NCBI GenBank assembly: GCA_016840035.1
Contig: JAEOTC010000154.1
Span: forward strand, 8,952 to 72,951
Reading direction: 5' to 3'
Length of the DNA stretch: 64,000 nucleotides
Source of the DNA: Candidatus Hodarchaeota archaeon
Lineage (GTDB): Archaea; Asgardarchaeota; Heimdallarchaeia; Hodarchaeales; Hodarchaeaceae
In this document: one piece after another, positions 9,769 through 19,888 of the stretch
How positions within the stretch are numbered: the stretch's first letter is position 1
Layout of the letters: each line of letters starts with the position of its first letter
The notes under the pieces: model-generated
Database searches by the model: none
What the model saw: the letters and a program-made list of their open reading frames with translations, nothing else
What the model was told of the DNA's origin: nothing
Program-made: the position numbers and the translations under genes

Positions 9769-10653
9769 TCATGTTTTGACAGGTTTCATCAACTTTTTCG
9801 GTGAAACATAATTTGAGCCGAGTCCTAATGACTTATAACTCAGACCCATTCCTATTCCAAGTAATTGGCTGAAATAAAGAACAGGAATTTTAAAATCTCC
9901 TCCTCCCACCCTATCTATCGCCTGTTTCTGTTGTCCATCTAAAGCTAAGGCGCACATTTGACAAGCTACAACAATGAATTCGGCTCCGACTTCTTTAGCA
10001 TTAACAACAATATTTCCAGTTAGGGTTTCTACTGTTGGTTTTGCCACTAATAGCTGAGTTGCACCACAGCACTTAGTTTTCATAGGAAAATGTGGAGTTT
10101 CAGCCCCAACAAGGTTAATTAGCTCATCCATAAATGTAGGATTATCTGGATCCTCAAATTGTACAATATCTCCAGGACGAACACATAAACAGCCATAATA
10201 AGAGACACCTTTCCGTCCTGCGAGAGGATTATCTGGAAGAATGTGCTCCTTAATTTTATTTAATCCAATATTATCCCGTAATAATTGAAGAAAATGAACA
10301 GGTTTCACACTTCCAGGTGTGTAATCATGTTTATCCATCAGAGAATTGAGGATATCTGCTTGTTCTTTGTCTTCTTCCATTATACGATTTACATGAATCA
10401 ATTGATATGCACATGCAGGACATACGGCTGTTAACAAATCAAAATCCTGTTCTTCTGCTAGAGCCAAATTCCTTGCAACAATACCTTTTGCTGCAAGGGG
10501 ATTTACAGCTTCGACTTCTAACGCTCCACAACAATTCCAATCCTTTATCTCCTTCATATCCACTCCTAATTTCTCTGCAATCTTATAGGTGGATTTATTG
10601 TATTCTTTAGCTACTTTATGGAGTGAGCATCCTGGATAATAACCGACTTTCAT
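9769..10653 (-). CDS. hdrB: Heterodisulfide reductase subunit B
   Basis: YYPGCS, WNCCGA, CPAC, YYGC, KTKCCGA, ACQMC, IPVLYFSQL. Confidence 0.92.
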   Translation of the reverse strand: MKVGYYPGCSLHKVAKEYNKSTYKIAEKLGVDMKEIKDWNCCGALEVEAVNPLAAKGIVARNLALAEEQDFDLLTAVCPACAYQLIHVNRIMEEDKEQADILNSLMDKHDYTPGSVKPVHFLQLLRDNIGLNKIKEHILPDNPLAGRKGVSYYGCLCVRPGDIVQFEDPDNPTFMDELINLVGAETPHFPMKTKCCGATQLLVAKPTVETLTGNIVVNAKEVGAEFIVVACQMCALALDGQQKQAIDRVGGGDFKIPVLYFSQLLGIGMGLSYKSLGLGSNYVSPKKLMKPVKT

Positions 10654-11294
10654 GCTTTGGCCTCCTTTTCATATTTCTTTGCGTTTTTGAAAATCCCTCG
10701 GACTTCCTTTCTGGCTTTAGAATTCCAAGGAGGGAAAAATTCGATTTTGAATTTCCTCAGCATCCCCAAAATCATTGAGATGTATTTAAAACCGATTAAT
10801 GCTCCAAAAGGAAAACCTCTCCCATACATCATATACCGACCAATCATCTCAGGTTCCCAAGAACGACCCCAAAGCCAGACACTTTCTTTGAATCTCTTAT
10901 CAAATGAATGTTTTAATTTTCCTTCCTTAGACAATGAAATACGTCTTGATTTGTCTTTACTTTTTGTATCACGAACAGCTATTGTACGTAAAGCTTCGAT
11001 AACTTCTGTAAATCTGACATTTTGCGGGCATCTATCTGTACACTCAAAACATCCAACACATTGCCAGATAGCCTTTGATTCCAACACTTCCTTACGCATA
11101 CCAACTAACACTTGTCGGATTACTTTTCTTGGATTTAGATCCAAGCCTACATCGGTGATAGGACATGTTAAGGTACACGAAGAACATTGAAAACACTTTT
11201 TTAGATGTTCACCACCCTCCTCGGCAACGACTTCATTTTTAAAATTCAAATCGGCAGTATTTAGATTAAAGGTCTGTATGGCCATGAAAATCAC
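10650..11294 (-). CDS. hdrC: Heterodisulfide reductase subunit C
   Basis: CFQCSSCTLTCP and WQCVGCFECTDRCP; 4-nt overlap with hdrB. Confidence 0.9.
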   Translation of the reverse strand: MIFMAIQTFNLNTADLNFKNEVVAEEGGEHLKKCFQCSSCTLTCPITDVGLDLNPRKVIRQVLVGMRKEVLESKAIWQCVGCFECTDRCPQNVRFTEVIEALRTIAVRDTKSKDKSRRISLSKEGKLKHSFDKRFKESVWLWGRSWEPEMIGRYMMYGRGFPFGALIGFKYISMILGMLRKFKIEFFPPWNSKARKEVRGIFKNAKKYEKEAKA

Positions 11295-11498
11295 ATTTAC
11301 TAGCCCTAATGCTAACTAAAGGGAACTCTACGACAAATTTGACATTAATATATATATATTCTTTGATAAGTGATCGTTTTGTAGCCTCTACACAATTAAA
11401 GATAACAATAGAAAAGAATTTAGGAATGAAAAAATGTTTTAAGCACTTATTCTCTCCCCCTTTCATATACATCAGTTTTTGAAATGAAGTGAAAGATT

Positions 11499-11885
11499 AT
11501 GTCCCCCAAAGTTGATGACTCCTGCAAATACTACAAAGAACATCAATGGGTTAGAGTGGAAGATGATCGTACATGTTTGATCGGAATCTCTGACTTTGCC
11601 CAAGATTCACTAAAAGATATAGTAATGGTAGAGCTACCAGAAGTAGGTGATACTGTTACTCAAGGTGAAGTGTTTACTTCCATCGAAAGTGTAAAAGCTG
11701 TTAGTGATGTTTTTAGTCCTGTTTCTGGTGAAATAGTTGAAGTTAATGAAGAGTTGGAAGATACACCTGAAAATTGTAATGAAGATCCATTTGGATCTTG
11801 GCTTGTAAAAGTCAAGCCGTCTAATCTTGATGGTGATCTTGCTAATCTTATGAGCCCTGCGGAATATGAAGAATTCTGCGGATAA
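11499..11885 (+). CDS. gcvH: Glycine cleavage H protein / lipoyl carrier protein
   Basis: EHQW, IGISDFAQ, lipoyl-Lys motif IESVKAVSD, SPVSGEIVEVN. Confidence 0.9.
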   Translation: MSPKVDDSCKYYKEHQWVRVEDDRTCLIGISDFAQDSLKDIVMVELPEVGDTVTQGEVFTSIESVKAVSDVFSPVSGEIVEVNEELEDTPENCNEDPFGSWLVKVKPSNLDGDLANLMSPAEYEEFCG

Positions 11886-11961
11886 ATAGGACTCAATAGA
11901 GATCAATAAGCATCTAAGGAGAAATATCTCCTTAGAAACATTTTTCTTTTCAGATCTCTTT

Positions 11962-12644
11962 CTATTCGGAGATCAAATCTTCTACTGCAAGAAGTGTGAT
12001 TACTGAAAACATGATTGCGTGAAGTAAGAGTATTACACCACTTATAAGTGCTGCAGAAGGATCGTAATAAAAAGTAAGATTCTTTGTGGCATCTGCTGCT
12101 ATAATTATTGAGGGGATGATCAAGGGGAAGAAAAGAATTGGGATTGCTAGAGTTTTTGATTTGGCATAAATGGTCAAAAGTGAGACGATACATCCTGCTA
12201 CAGCCAGATCTATGGTTCCACATATCAATACAATCATAAAAACTATAATACTCCCTTGAATTGAGATATTTAGAAATATAATTGCCACTAGAAACGCGAA
12301 AATTTCAACCACACCCACAATCACTAATAAATACAATAATTTTGCTAAAAAAATAGCCTGAGGCTTTACAGGTAAAGAGAGAAGCGAGTATATTGAATTT
12401 TTCTGGGTTTCCCGAGAAAAAACTGATTAACCCCGATTATAATTGTAAAGGCAGTAATAAACTACATGGCAACCGTCGAAATAGTATACTGGGCTTCTAG
12501 AGTGATATCATCAATCAAAATGATCAGGGATGAGAAAATCAGCACTGCTGCTAAAGAAAAAATTCCCATAGATAATTATATCTCTTTTGTACGAAATTCT
12601 AAAGTCAGATCCTATCTCATCATAAAATAAGTATCTGCAAGCAT
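11962..12644 (-). pseudogene. ccmB: Heme exporter CcmB pseudogene
   Basis: Manual translation from ATG 12644: MLADTYFMMR*DLTLEFRTKEI*LSMGIF...VAM*FIT...NQF, frameshift, then SRETQKNSIYSLLSLPVKPQAIFLAK joining the 124-aa ORF (PILFFPLIIP). Stops at 12612-14, 12576-78 and 12462-64; frameshift in the A6 run at 12417-12422. Confidence 0.8.
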
Positions 12645-12870
12645 ATTCTTTCATTCTGTCTAATCTTTTTCTTTTCTTAAACTTAGGAATTGGTCATCTT
12701 CCTTATTGTAGAGACCTTACATATTGTGTATATGAAATAAATTAAAAACTTAAAAACAATAAATAGTTTTTAATACATAGTAGACTTTGAAGAGAGTCAA
12801 TCGTTTCAACCTCTGTATCGAGTGTGTTTCAAGATTCATTTCATGAATTAAGTATAAGGTCCTATTTAAC

Positions 12871-13554
12871 TTGGTTTCAGAAGTAGCTACATCATCAAAA
12901 GATAAAATATTGCAGTACTTACTACTCAGTGGTTCAACGGCTGAGGATTCATGTACTGTGAAAGAAATTGCTGATCATCTTAAAATCAGTATTAATGCCA
13001 CTCGCCAGTACCTTATCGTATTGGAGAAAGAAGGATTAGTGATCCGTACAACTCAAAAAAGCACGACTGGTAGACCTGCAATTCTCTACTCATTACATCC
13101 CGATGCCATCGAGGAATTTCCTAAACAATATCGTGACTTTTCCATTAAATTGCTAGCAGAGGTTCAAGAAAAGCTAGGGGTTCGAGCTACGATTGAAGTT
13201 CTAAGAAAAGTAGGTAAACAAATTGCTGATGAATTACAACCCTACGTCAAAACAAATATTGAACCTGGTGGTTCTTATAATTCTTTAAGGGATAGACTGC
13301 ATGCTGTTGTAAAAGTTTATCACCAGTACGGCAAATTCCCGGAATTATTAGAAGATGATGTTTCTTTTGCTCTCAAAAACTATAATTGTCTTATATTTGG
13401 AGTGGCAAAAGAAAATAGCCTTGCTTGTACAGTTGATGAGTCTATAGTAAGTGAACTAGTGAACACCCCAGCTGTAAAGGAAAAATGCATTCGTAAAGGA
13501 GATGAATGCTGTTTATATCGGATAAAGAAATCTGAATTCCAGGATACTAGTTGA
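12871..13554 (+). CDS. HTH transcriptional regulator, SufR-like with Cys-containing C-terminal domain
   Basis: TVKEIADHL..SINATRQYL..LEKEGLV..GRPAILYSL; FPKQY; C-terminal NC..C..CI..GDECC. Confidence 0.8.
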   Translation: MVSEVATSSKDKILQYLLLSGSTAEDSCTVKEIADHLKISINATRQYLIVLEKEGLVIRTTQKSTTGRPAILYSLHPDAIEEFPKQYRDFSIKLLAEVQEKLGVRATIEVLRKVGKQIADELQPYVKTNIEPGGSYNSLRDRLHAVVKVYHQYGKFPELLEDDVSFALKNYNCLIFGVAKENSLACTVDESIVSELVNTPAVKEKCIRKGDECCLYRIKKSEFQDTS

Positions 13555-14079
13555 TTAGAGCGATTTCTTGGCAGCATTATGACTAATTAAGAACTCTCTT
13601 TATTTTTTCTACATTAAAGATAGTTTATTTCTGTTTTTTCTCCTATATTCCGAAAAAACCCAAGTTTGTCCCCCGAATCTGATATATTAAACGAAATGCT
13701 ATTTTTTCATGGATTAGTAGGATTTCCAAAGAGTTTTTTGTTAATTTTCCAATTTTTAAACGATTAATTATGTTTAAAAAGAAATTCATAATCTTAATCA
13801 TTTTTATTCTCCCTATTCTCTAGGTAGATTCTTATTTGATGTTCTAATTCATCCTATGAGGAAACTGCAAAAACTTTCCACCCCTACTACTTCCATCTAG
13901 TGTTCTAAAGCAATGAACACTTTTCGGAAAAGAATATTTTTCAGCTTATAGGAGAATTCAATCTATTGAGCTAGCTTCCCTCATTTTAGAACCTAGATCA
14001 ACAAAACTGGTCTATTTTCTGAAGGAACTCCAATCTCTTAACAAATATGATAATTCAGACACCAAATTGGGGATAAACC

Positions 14080-14556
14080 ATGACTCAAGAAGATTATATT
14101 ATATCTATGTTCCGCAAAGATGATTGTAAACGTCTTATTCGTTCTGAACTGAATGCTTTACCTGAAACGGCAACTATTAGAGAAGCAATTGATGCTCTAA
14201 GATCCAAATGGTCTAGCTATGTATGTATCTTAGGGGAGGGGAAGCAATTACGCGGTATTATTACCGAGCGAGATATCTTGCGAAATATAGCAGCTGGAAG
14301 TCTCGATGAAAATGCTGCTGCTGTCTCAATTATGAATACTGAATTTCATACCATTGAATGCCGAGAATCAATAGCCCAGATTGCATTAACTTTGTATAAG
14401 AATACGTTCATGCATTTACCAATTCTCGATGAAGGTAAACTAGTTGGAATAGTTTCTGCCAGAGATTTCATTCACTATTTAGTAGAATATTTTGCTGAGA
14501 GTGTCCATACGTTAAAACCCGTACAACCGACACAAGACAGGAGAGAGGGTGCATAA
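14080..14556 (+). CDS. CBS domain-pair protein
   Basis: GIITERDIL and HLPILDEGKLVGIVSARD. Confidence 0.88.
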   Translation: MTQEDYIISMFRKDDCKRLIRSELNALPETATIREAIDALRSKWSSYVCILGEGKQLRGIITERDILRNIAAGSLDENAAAVSIMNTEFHTIECRESIAQIALTLYKNTFMHLPILDEGKLVGIVSARDFIHYLVEYFAESVHTLKPVQPTQDRREGA

Positions 14557-14593
14557 ATCCTAGGAAAACCCTAACATTATCCGAGGTAAACTA

Positions 14594-16495
14594 ATGGAAA
14601 ATCCTCAACAGATCAAGAATGATGATGAAAATATCGTCCGGAAACCTATAGAAGAGCTAGAACGTGTAGTAATTCGTTTAGCGGGTGATAGTGGGGATGG
14701 AATGCAACTTGCTGGATTGAAATTTACTTCTTCATCAGTAATACTCGGGAACGATGTCTCAACATTTCCTGATTATCCTGCAGAAATCCGTGCTCCCCAA
14801 GGAACGCTCGCAGGAGTCTCTGGATTTCAAATTCATTTTTCTTCAACTGAAATTTACACCCCTGGAGATCAACTGGACGCACTTGTGGCAATGAATCCAG
14901 CGGCTTTAAAGGTAAACATTTCTGATTTAAAACCGAACGGAATTCTAATAGTAAACGAGGATTCTTTTACCTCTCGAACTCTTTCAAAAGCTGGTTACTC
15001 TTCTAACCCATTAGAAGACAATTCATTAGCCAAATATCGACTAATCCCAGTTAAAATTACAAAATTAAACCGAGAAGCAGTTAGCTCTATTGAGGGTATG
15101 TCAAGTAAACAGGTCAATCTTACTCGTAACTTTTTCGCTTTGGGATTGATCTCATGGTTATATGATAGGCACCTAAAATCTACAATATCTTGGATTAAAC
15201 AAAAATTCAAGAACCGTCCGATGATTGTTAAGGCTAATACTAAAACCCTCAAAGCAGGATATTATTACGGTGAAACTAATGAACTATTATCTATCCAATA
15301 TTCTGTACCTAAAGCAGAAATGGATCCGGGAAAATATCGTTATATTTCTGGTACTCAAGCTTTAGCCTTAGGCTTAGCCACGTCTTCCCAACTCGCAAAA
15401 AAAGAGCTATTTTTTGGTGCATATCCAATAACACCTGCAAGTGATTTATTACATGAACTTGTAAAACTCCGTGGTTATGGAGTGAAGACTTTTCAAGCTG
15501 AAGATGAGATAGCAGCAATTGGTTCAATCATTGGAGCTTCTTTTGGTGGTTCAATTGCTGTAACCGGTACATCTGGACCTGGATTAGCCTTAATGAGTGA
15601 AGCTTTAGGTCTTGCGGTTATTACCGAACTTCCATTGTTGGTAGTCAATGTCCAACGTGCTGGTCCTAGTACCGGCATGCCTACTAAACCTGAGCAGAGT
15701 GATTTGTTACAGGTACTCTTTGGTAGGAATGGAGAATCACCTTTACCAATATTAGCTCCTCAAAGTCCAGGTGATTGTTTTGACCTAGCTATTGAGGCTC
15801 TTCGCATTGCTTTGAAATATATGACTCCAGTAGTACTAATTTCTGACGCATTCTTGGCAAACAATATCGATCCGTGGAAAATCCCTTTACTAGAGGAATT
15901 AAAAACGATGGAAGTCGTACACCCCACAACTGCACCAATGAGTTCTGATGGCAGATACAATCCGTACTCCCGTAATGAAAATCTGGTAAGACCATATGTC
16001 ATACCAGGAACAAAAGGACTCGAACATAGAGTTGGAGGATTGGAGAAAGAAAGAGTTACCGGAAATGTGAGTTATGATCCTCTCAATCATGAAGAAATGG
16101 TGAATATAAGAGAAAAGAAGATATCTGGTATCGTGAAAGATATTCCACTACAACGCGTTCATGGACCATCAGAAGGGGATGTACTTGTATTATCGTGGGG
16201 GTCCACTTTTGGTGCTGCTCATACCGCTTGTAAGAATTTACGGAAAGAAGGACTCTCAGTTGCTGATACTAATTTGCGGTACTTGAATCCTTTACCCGCT
16301 AATCTCAAAGATATCCTTAATTCTTACAAATATGTTCTAATTCCTGAAATGAATAAAGGACAGCTCCATTTTATCATTCAAGCTCAATTTGCAATCAAGA
16401 CTCAGAGTCTTACAAAGATTCAAGGGAGACCGTTCCATGTCATTGAAATCGAGGAGGAAGTCAGACAGATTATTGGAGGTTTATTTGATGAGTGA
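14594..16495 (+). CDS. korA: 2-oxoacid:ferredoxin oxidoreductase alpha subunit (gamma-alpha fusion)
   Basis: AGDSGDGMQL, YPAEIRAP, YPITPAS, QAEDEIAA, TSGPG, QRAGPSTGMPTK. Confidence 0.92.
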   Translation: MENPQQIKNDDENIVRKPIEELERVVIRLAGDSGDGMQLAGLKFTSSSVILGNDVSTFPDYPAEIRAPQGTLAGVSGFQIHFSSTEIYTPGDQLDALVAMNPAALKVNISDLKPNGILIVNEDSFTSRTLSKAGYSSNPLEDNSLAKYRLIPVKITKLNREAVSSIEGMSSKQVNLTRNFFALGLISWLYDRHLKSTISWIKQKFKNRPMIVKANTKTLKAGYYYGETNELLSIQYSVPKAEMDPGKYRYISGTQALALGLATSSQLAKKELFFGAYPITPASDLLHELVKLRGYGVKTFQAEDEIAAIGSIIGASFGGSIAVTGTSGPGLALMSEALGLAVITELPLLVVNVQRAGPSTGMPTKPEQSDLLQVLFGRNGESPLPILAPQSPGDCFDLAIEALRIALKYMTPVVLISDAFLANNIDPWKIPLLEELKTMEVVHPTTAPMSSDGRYNPYSRNENLVRPYVIPGTKGLEHRVGGLEKERVTGNVSYDPLNHEEMVNIREKKISGIVKDIPLQRVHGPSEGDVLVLSWGSTFGAAHTACKNLRKEGLSVADTNLRYLNPLPANLKDILNSYKYVLIPEMNKGQLHFIIQAQFAIKTQSLTKIQGRPFHVIEIEEEVRQIIGGLFDE

Positions 16496-17519
16496 AAAGG
16501 ACAATTCAATATCCACACCAGTTTTAACACCAAAAGATTTTGATTCAGGATTTGATGTACGGTGGTGTCCCGGATGTGGTGACTATGCTATCTTAGCGAA
16601 TTTGAAACGCGTGTTACCTACGTTAGGCATTCCAAAAGAGAATTTCGTGGTCGTTAGTGGTATCGGCTGTAGTAGTCGATTTCCATATTATATGGATACT
16701 TATGGAATGCACACTATTCATGGTAGAGCTCCTACAATCGCCACTGGTCTGAAATGCAGTCGTCCTGATCTGTCTATCTGGGTCGTTACAGGTGATGGCG
16801 ATGGACTTTCTATCGGGGGAAATCATTTAATGCATGCCATTCGGAGAAATGTCGATATCAAGATATTGCTCTTCAACAATCAAATTTATGGTCTTACAAA
16901 AGGGCAATATTCCCCTACGACAAAGCAATCCAAAAGAACAAAATCTTCACCTACAGGATCCATAGATTATCCAGTTAATCCTATTTCTTGGGCGTTAGGA
17001 GCTGAAGCTACTTTCATTGCCCGGACAATTTTCCAATACCCTGACCACATGCAAACTGTCCTCCGTCGCGCTGCAGAACATCGAGGAGTAAGCTTTGTTG
17101 AAATCTATCAGAATTGTGTTATTTTTAATGACGGAGCTTATCGTTATGCTACTGATAAAGAGATGCGATATGATAATATTTTTGAGCTAGAACATGGAAA
17201 ACCGATGAAATTTGGTCGAGACCAAGAAAAAGGGATATTCCTTCATGGTCTCACTCCAAAAGTGATAAATTATAAACAGGCTGGATTTGAGGAATCCGAT
17301 TTATTGCATCATGATGAAAATGCTCAAGAATCAACACTTGCATTCTTCTTATCACGAATGCGTTATCCTGAGTTCCCTGAACCAATAGGAATATTCAGAG
17401 CTATTCAAAAACCCACTTATAACGATATGCTTGATCAACAAATGGAAGAAGCCAAAAGAAACGTCACAAAACCACTACAAGAAATAGTAAATGGAGAAGA
17501 GAATTGGATAGTAACTTGA
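16488..17519 (+). CDS. korB: 2-oxoacid:ferredoxin oxidoreductase beta subunit (start moved to ATG 16488, after GGAGGT)
   Basis: RWCPGCGDY, SGIGCSSR, HGRA, TPP motif GDGD...NNQIYGLTKGQ. Confidence 0.92.
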   Translation: MSEKDNSISTPVLTPKDFDSGFDVRWCPGCGDYAILANLKRVLPTLGIPKENFVVVSGIGCSSRFPYYMDTYGMHTIHGRAPTIATGLKCSRPDLSIWVVTGDGDGLSIGGNHLMHAIRRNVDIKILLFNNQIYGLTKGQYSPTTKQSKRTKSSPTGSIDYPVNPISWALGAEATFIARTIFQYPDHMQTVLRRAAEHRGVSFVEIYQNCVIFNDGAYRYATDKEMRYDNIFELEHGKPMKFGRDQEKGIFLHGLTPKVINYKQAGFEESDLLHHDENAQESTLAFFLSRMRYPEFPEPIGIFRAIQKPTYNDMLDQQMEEAKRNVTKPLQEIVNGEENWIVT

Positions 17520-17533
17520 ATGAGGAGATAATT

Positions 17534-18046
17534 ATGAATTGCCCAGCGTGCGGATCTGAAAATATACCTGGAGTCTCAGTATGCGATAATTGTGGTACAG
17601 ATTTGACATTCTTTGAAGAACCAAAACCAGTAACTGAATCCAAAATTGAAAAAGCAATTATGAAGGATAAACTCAGTGAAATTTGTGGAGAAAAGACAAT
17701 TGCCATCAAAGTTCCTCCTTCCATGCATATTCGTGAAGTGATCACTATTATGATTAAGAATCAAAAATGTTCAGTAGTTATTATGGAGGATGATCAAATC
17801 AAAGGCATTTTTACTGAAAGATCGTTACTTAAACGTGTTTGTGGTGACTCTCCAATCAATGTTGATAGGCCTGTTGCTGAAGCAATGCTGTGGGATCCAG
17901 AGATTCTGGCATCTTCTAACAGTGTAGCAGACGCACTTCATATGATGGAGGCTGGAGGTTATACTTATGCAATAATAGAGGGAGATCCTTTACGTGTTCT
18001 GAATATTAAAAATATTCTGGAGTACATTATTGAACTCGAGTTGTAA
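17534..18046 (+). CDS. Zinc-ribbon plus CBS-pair protein (start likely ATG 17534, after GAGGAG)
   Basis: MNCPACGSEN..CDNCGTDL; GIFTERSLL CBS motif. Confidence 0.85.
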   Translation: MNCPACGSENIPGVSVCDNCGTDLTFFEEPKPVTESKIEKAIMKDKLSEICGEKTIAIKVPPSMHIREVITIMIKNQKCSVVIMEDDQIKGIFTERSLLKRVCGDSPINVDRPVAEAMLWDPEILASSNSVADALHMMEAGGYTYAIIEGDPLRVLNIKNILEYIIELEL

Positions 18047-18061
18047 TTATTTAGGAGATCT

Positions 18062-18469
18062 TTGATGACGGACAAAGTAACATTATCTAAAGAGGAGTGG
18101 AAAAAGAAGCTCTCTCTAGAGCAATTTCGTATCTTAAGGGAAAAAGGAACAGAGCGAGCGTTTACTGGGGAGTACTGGAATCATTTTGAAACTGGTAAAT
18201 ACAAGTGTTCAGGTTGTGGGGAAGTATTGTTCACCTCGAAAGATAAATTTACCTCTGACTGTGGTTGGCCGAGTTTTTCAGCTCCTGCTGATGATATAAT
18301 CGAAGAGAAGCAGGATCTCAGTTATGGAATGATCCGTACTGAAGTTCTTTGTAAGAAATGTGGAGGACATCTGGGACATGTGTTTAATGATGGTCCTAGA
18401 GACAAGGGAGGATTACGCTATTGCATTAATTCCCTTTCACTTAAGTTTGAAAAAAAGAGTGACCTATAA
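18062..18469 (+). CDS. msrB: Peptide-methionine (R)-S-oxide reductase
   Basis: GTERAFTG, SDCGWPSF, GHLGHVFNDGP, RYCINS. Confidence 0.96.
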   Translation: MMTDKVTLSKEEWKKKLSLEQFRILREKGTERAFTGEYWNHFETGKYKCSGCGEVLFTSKDKFTSDCGWPSFSAPADDIIEEKQDLSYGMIRTEVLCKKCGGHLGHVFNDGPRDKGGLRYCINSLSLKFEKKSDL

Positions 18470-18529
18470 GTTTCTAAAATCAAACATCCTTAAATTCGGG
18501 ATAGAGAGAAGATAAGAACACTAGTGATC

Positions 18530-19888
18530 TTACTTTCCTATTCGCTTTCGTTTTTCTAGGTAACTAATTACCATAACAAGGAAAATACTAGGAAATAAAA
18601 ATCCTTGAGTTAATAACGCTGTAGTATCGGTATTGTTCGATTCAGTTAATGAATCAGAGTCTGTATCTCTGGGTGTTAAACCATAAGTAGAACTGAAGGG
18701 ATAAGCTAAAGGAAATGGATCAAAGTTACCTGATTCTCCATCAATTGCATAGGGAAAATCAATAAAAAGATCTCCATCGTCATTAGGTGAAGTCCAATCA
18801 CTCCAAAAATTATGACTGAAGTTATTCAAGAATCCCGAATCAAATGATTGAGAGGAAGAGGGTAATGAATTGTCAACAAAATTATTGAAAACTAGAGTGT
18901 TGTTTATAGCAGATCCACTAAGGATTAAACCATAACCTCCACTAAGCGAGATGTTATTCCCCTGGATTGTCAGATTATGACAATCCTCACCAAGAAAAAT
19001 ACCATTTTGTTGATGATTCTCTATTGAATTGTTTATAATTTGAAAATTACTGGCTAGGAAGACCTCTAATCCATTAAAGCCATTATCAAAGATATAATTC
19101 CAATTTATCAAAGACCCTCCAAATGCGAACTCATATTGGATGCCATTCAGAGTATTTTGATAGATTCGATTATAAGTAATATTTACAAGGAAATTATCCC
19201 CTAAGAAAATACCATTAAGAGTATTATCATAGATTTCATTATCAAAAACAAGTGTACCCCGTGTATACATTAGAAATTCTAATCCCTCTCCATTCTCATG
19301 AATTTTATTTCTAACAATCTTTACTTGGTCAAAATCTTCGATACCAATTCCCTTCCATTGATTTTTGAAGATATCATTTTCAAAAATGTATGCATTTGCA
19401 CGCCCAAACAGATTGATACCATATTCATTCTCTGAAATGAAGTTATGAGAAATTGTGCTATTGTAACCTTGTAGATCAATTCCAACTGAATTATGTAAAA
19501 TATGATTCCCAGATATTATTACATTATAGGTGTTCCATAGAGAAATCCCTGTTGTCCCACCAATCAATGTACAGTTCTCAATTGATAAATATAATGAAGT
19601 TTCTTCTATCCAAATGAGTCTATCACTTGTATTTGTTATCAAAAGATTTGAAATCAGAAAAGGTTTATTGGGTGATCCATCACGAGTACCATTTAAGTCC
19701 CAGTTTTCAATTCGAGATTGATTTCTAAGATCTTCGTCAGTAAAAATACGTATCGATCCATACTCCTGCAATTCAGTCAGATTAGACTGAGATTGACCTT
19801 TAATGTCGAAAGCTCTGATCGAAGGATTCGAACTGAATATTATTAAAACAATTATCCCAATAATTCCGAATATAATCCCCTTTCTCAT
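18530..19888 (-). CDS. Secreted parallel beta-helix (NosD/CASH-like) surface protein with C-terminal anchor
   Basis: Signal peptide; repeated N.I..N..GI units; NFWSDW..PYAIDG..DPFPL; S/T linker, TM helix, KRKR tail. Confidence 0.82.
   Translation of the reverse strand: MRKGIIFGIIGIIVLIIFSSNPSIRAFDIKGQSQSNLTELQEYGSIRIFTDEDLRNQSRIENWDLNGTRDGSPNKPFLISNLLITNTSDRLIWIEETSLYLSIENCTLIGGTTGISLWNTYNVIISGNHILHNSVGIDLQGYNSTISHNFISENEYGINLFGRANAYIFENDIFKNQWKGIGIEDFDQVKIVRNKIHENGEGLEFLMYTRGTLVFDNEIYDNTLNGIFLGDNFLVNITYNRIYQNTLNGIQYEFAFGGSLINWNYIFDNGFNGLEVFLASNFQIINNSIENHQQNGIFLGEDCHNLTIQGNNISLSGGYGLILSGSAINNTLVFNNFVDNSLPSSSQSFDSGFLNNFSHNFWSDWTSPNDDGDLFIDFPYAIDGESGNFDPFPLAYPFSSTYGLTPRDTDSDSLTESNNTDTTALLTQGFLFPSIFLVMVISYLEKRKRIGK

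Noticed and set aside
10657-11190. 177-aa + strand ORF and other short antisense/overlapping ORFs (e.g. 29824-30147, 52845-53243, 61298-61606, 63733-63972)
   Set aside because: Shadows of well-supported genes on the opposite strand or another frame; no motifs
12462-12614. In-frame TAG codons in ccmB as pyrrolysine or stop-codon recoding
   Set aside because: The same frame also has a TAA and a frameshift, and TAG terminates intact genes elsewhere in the window
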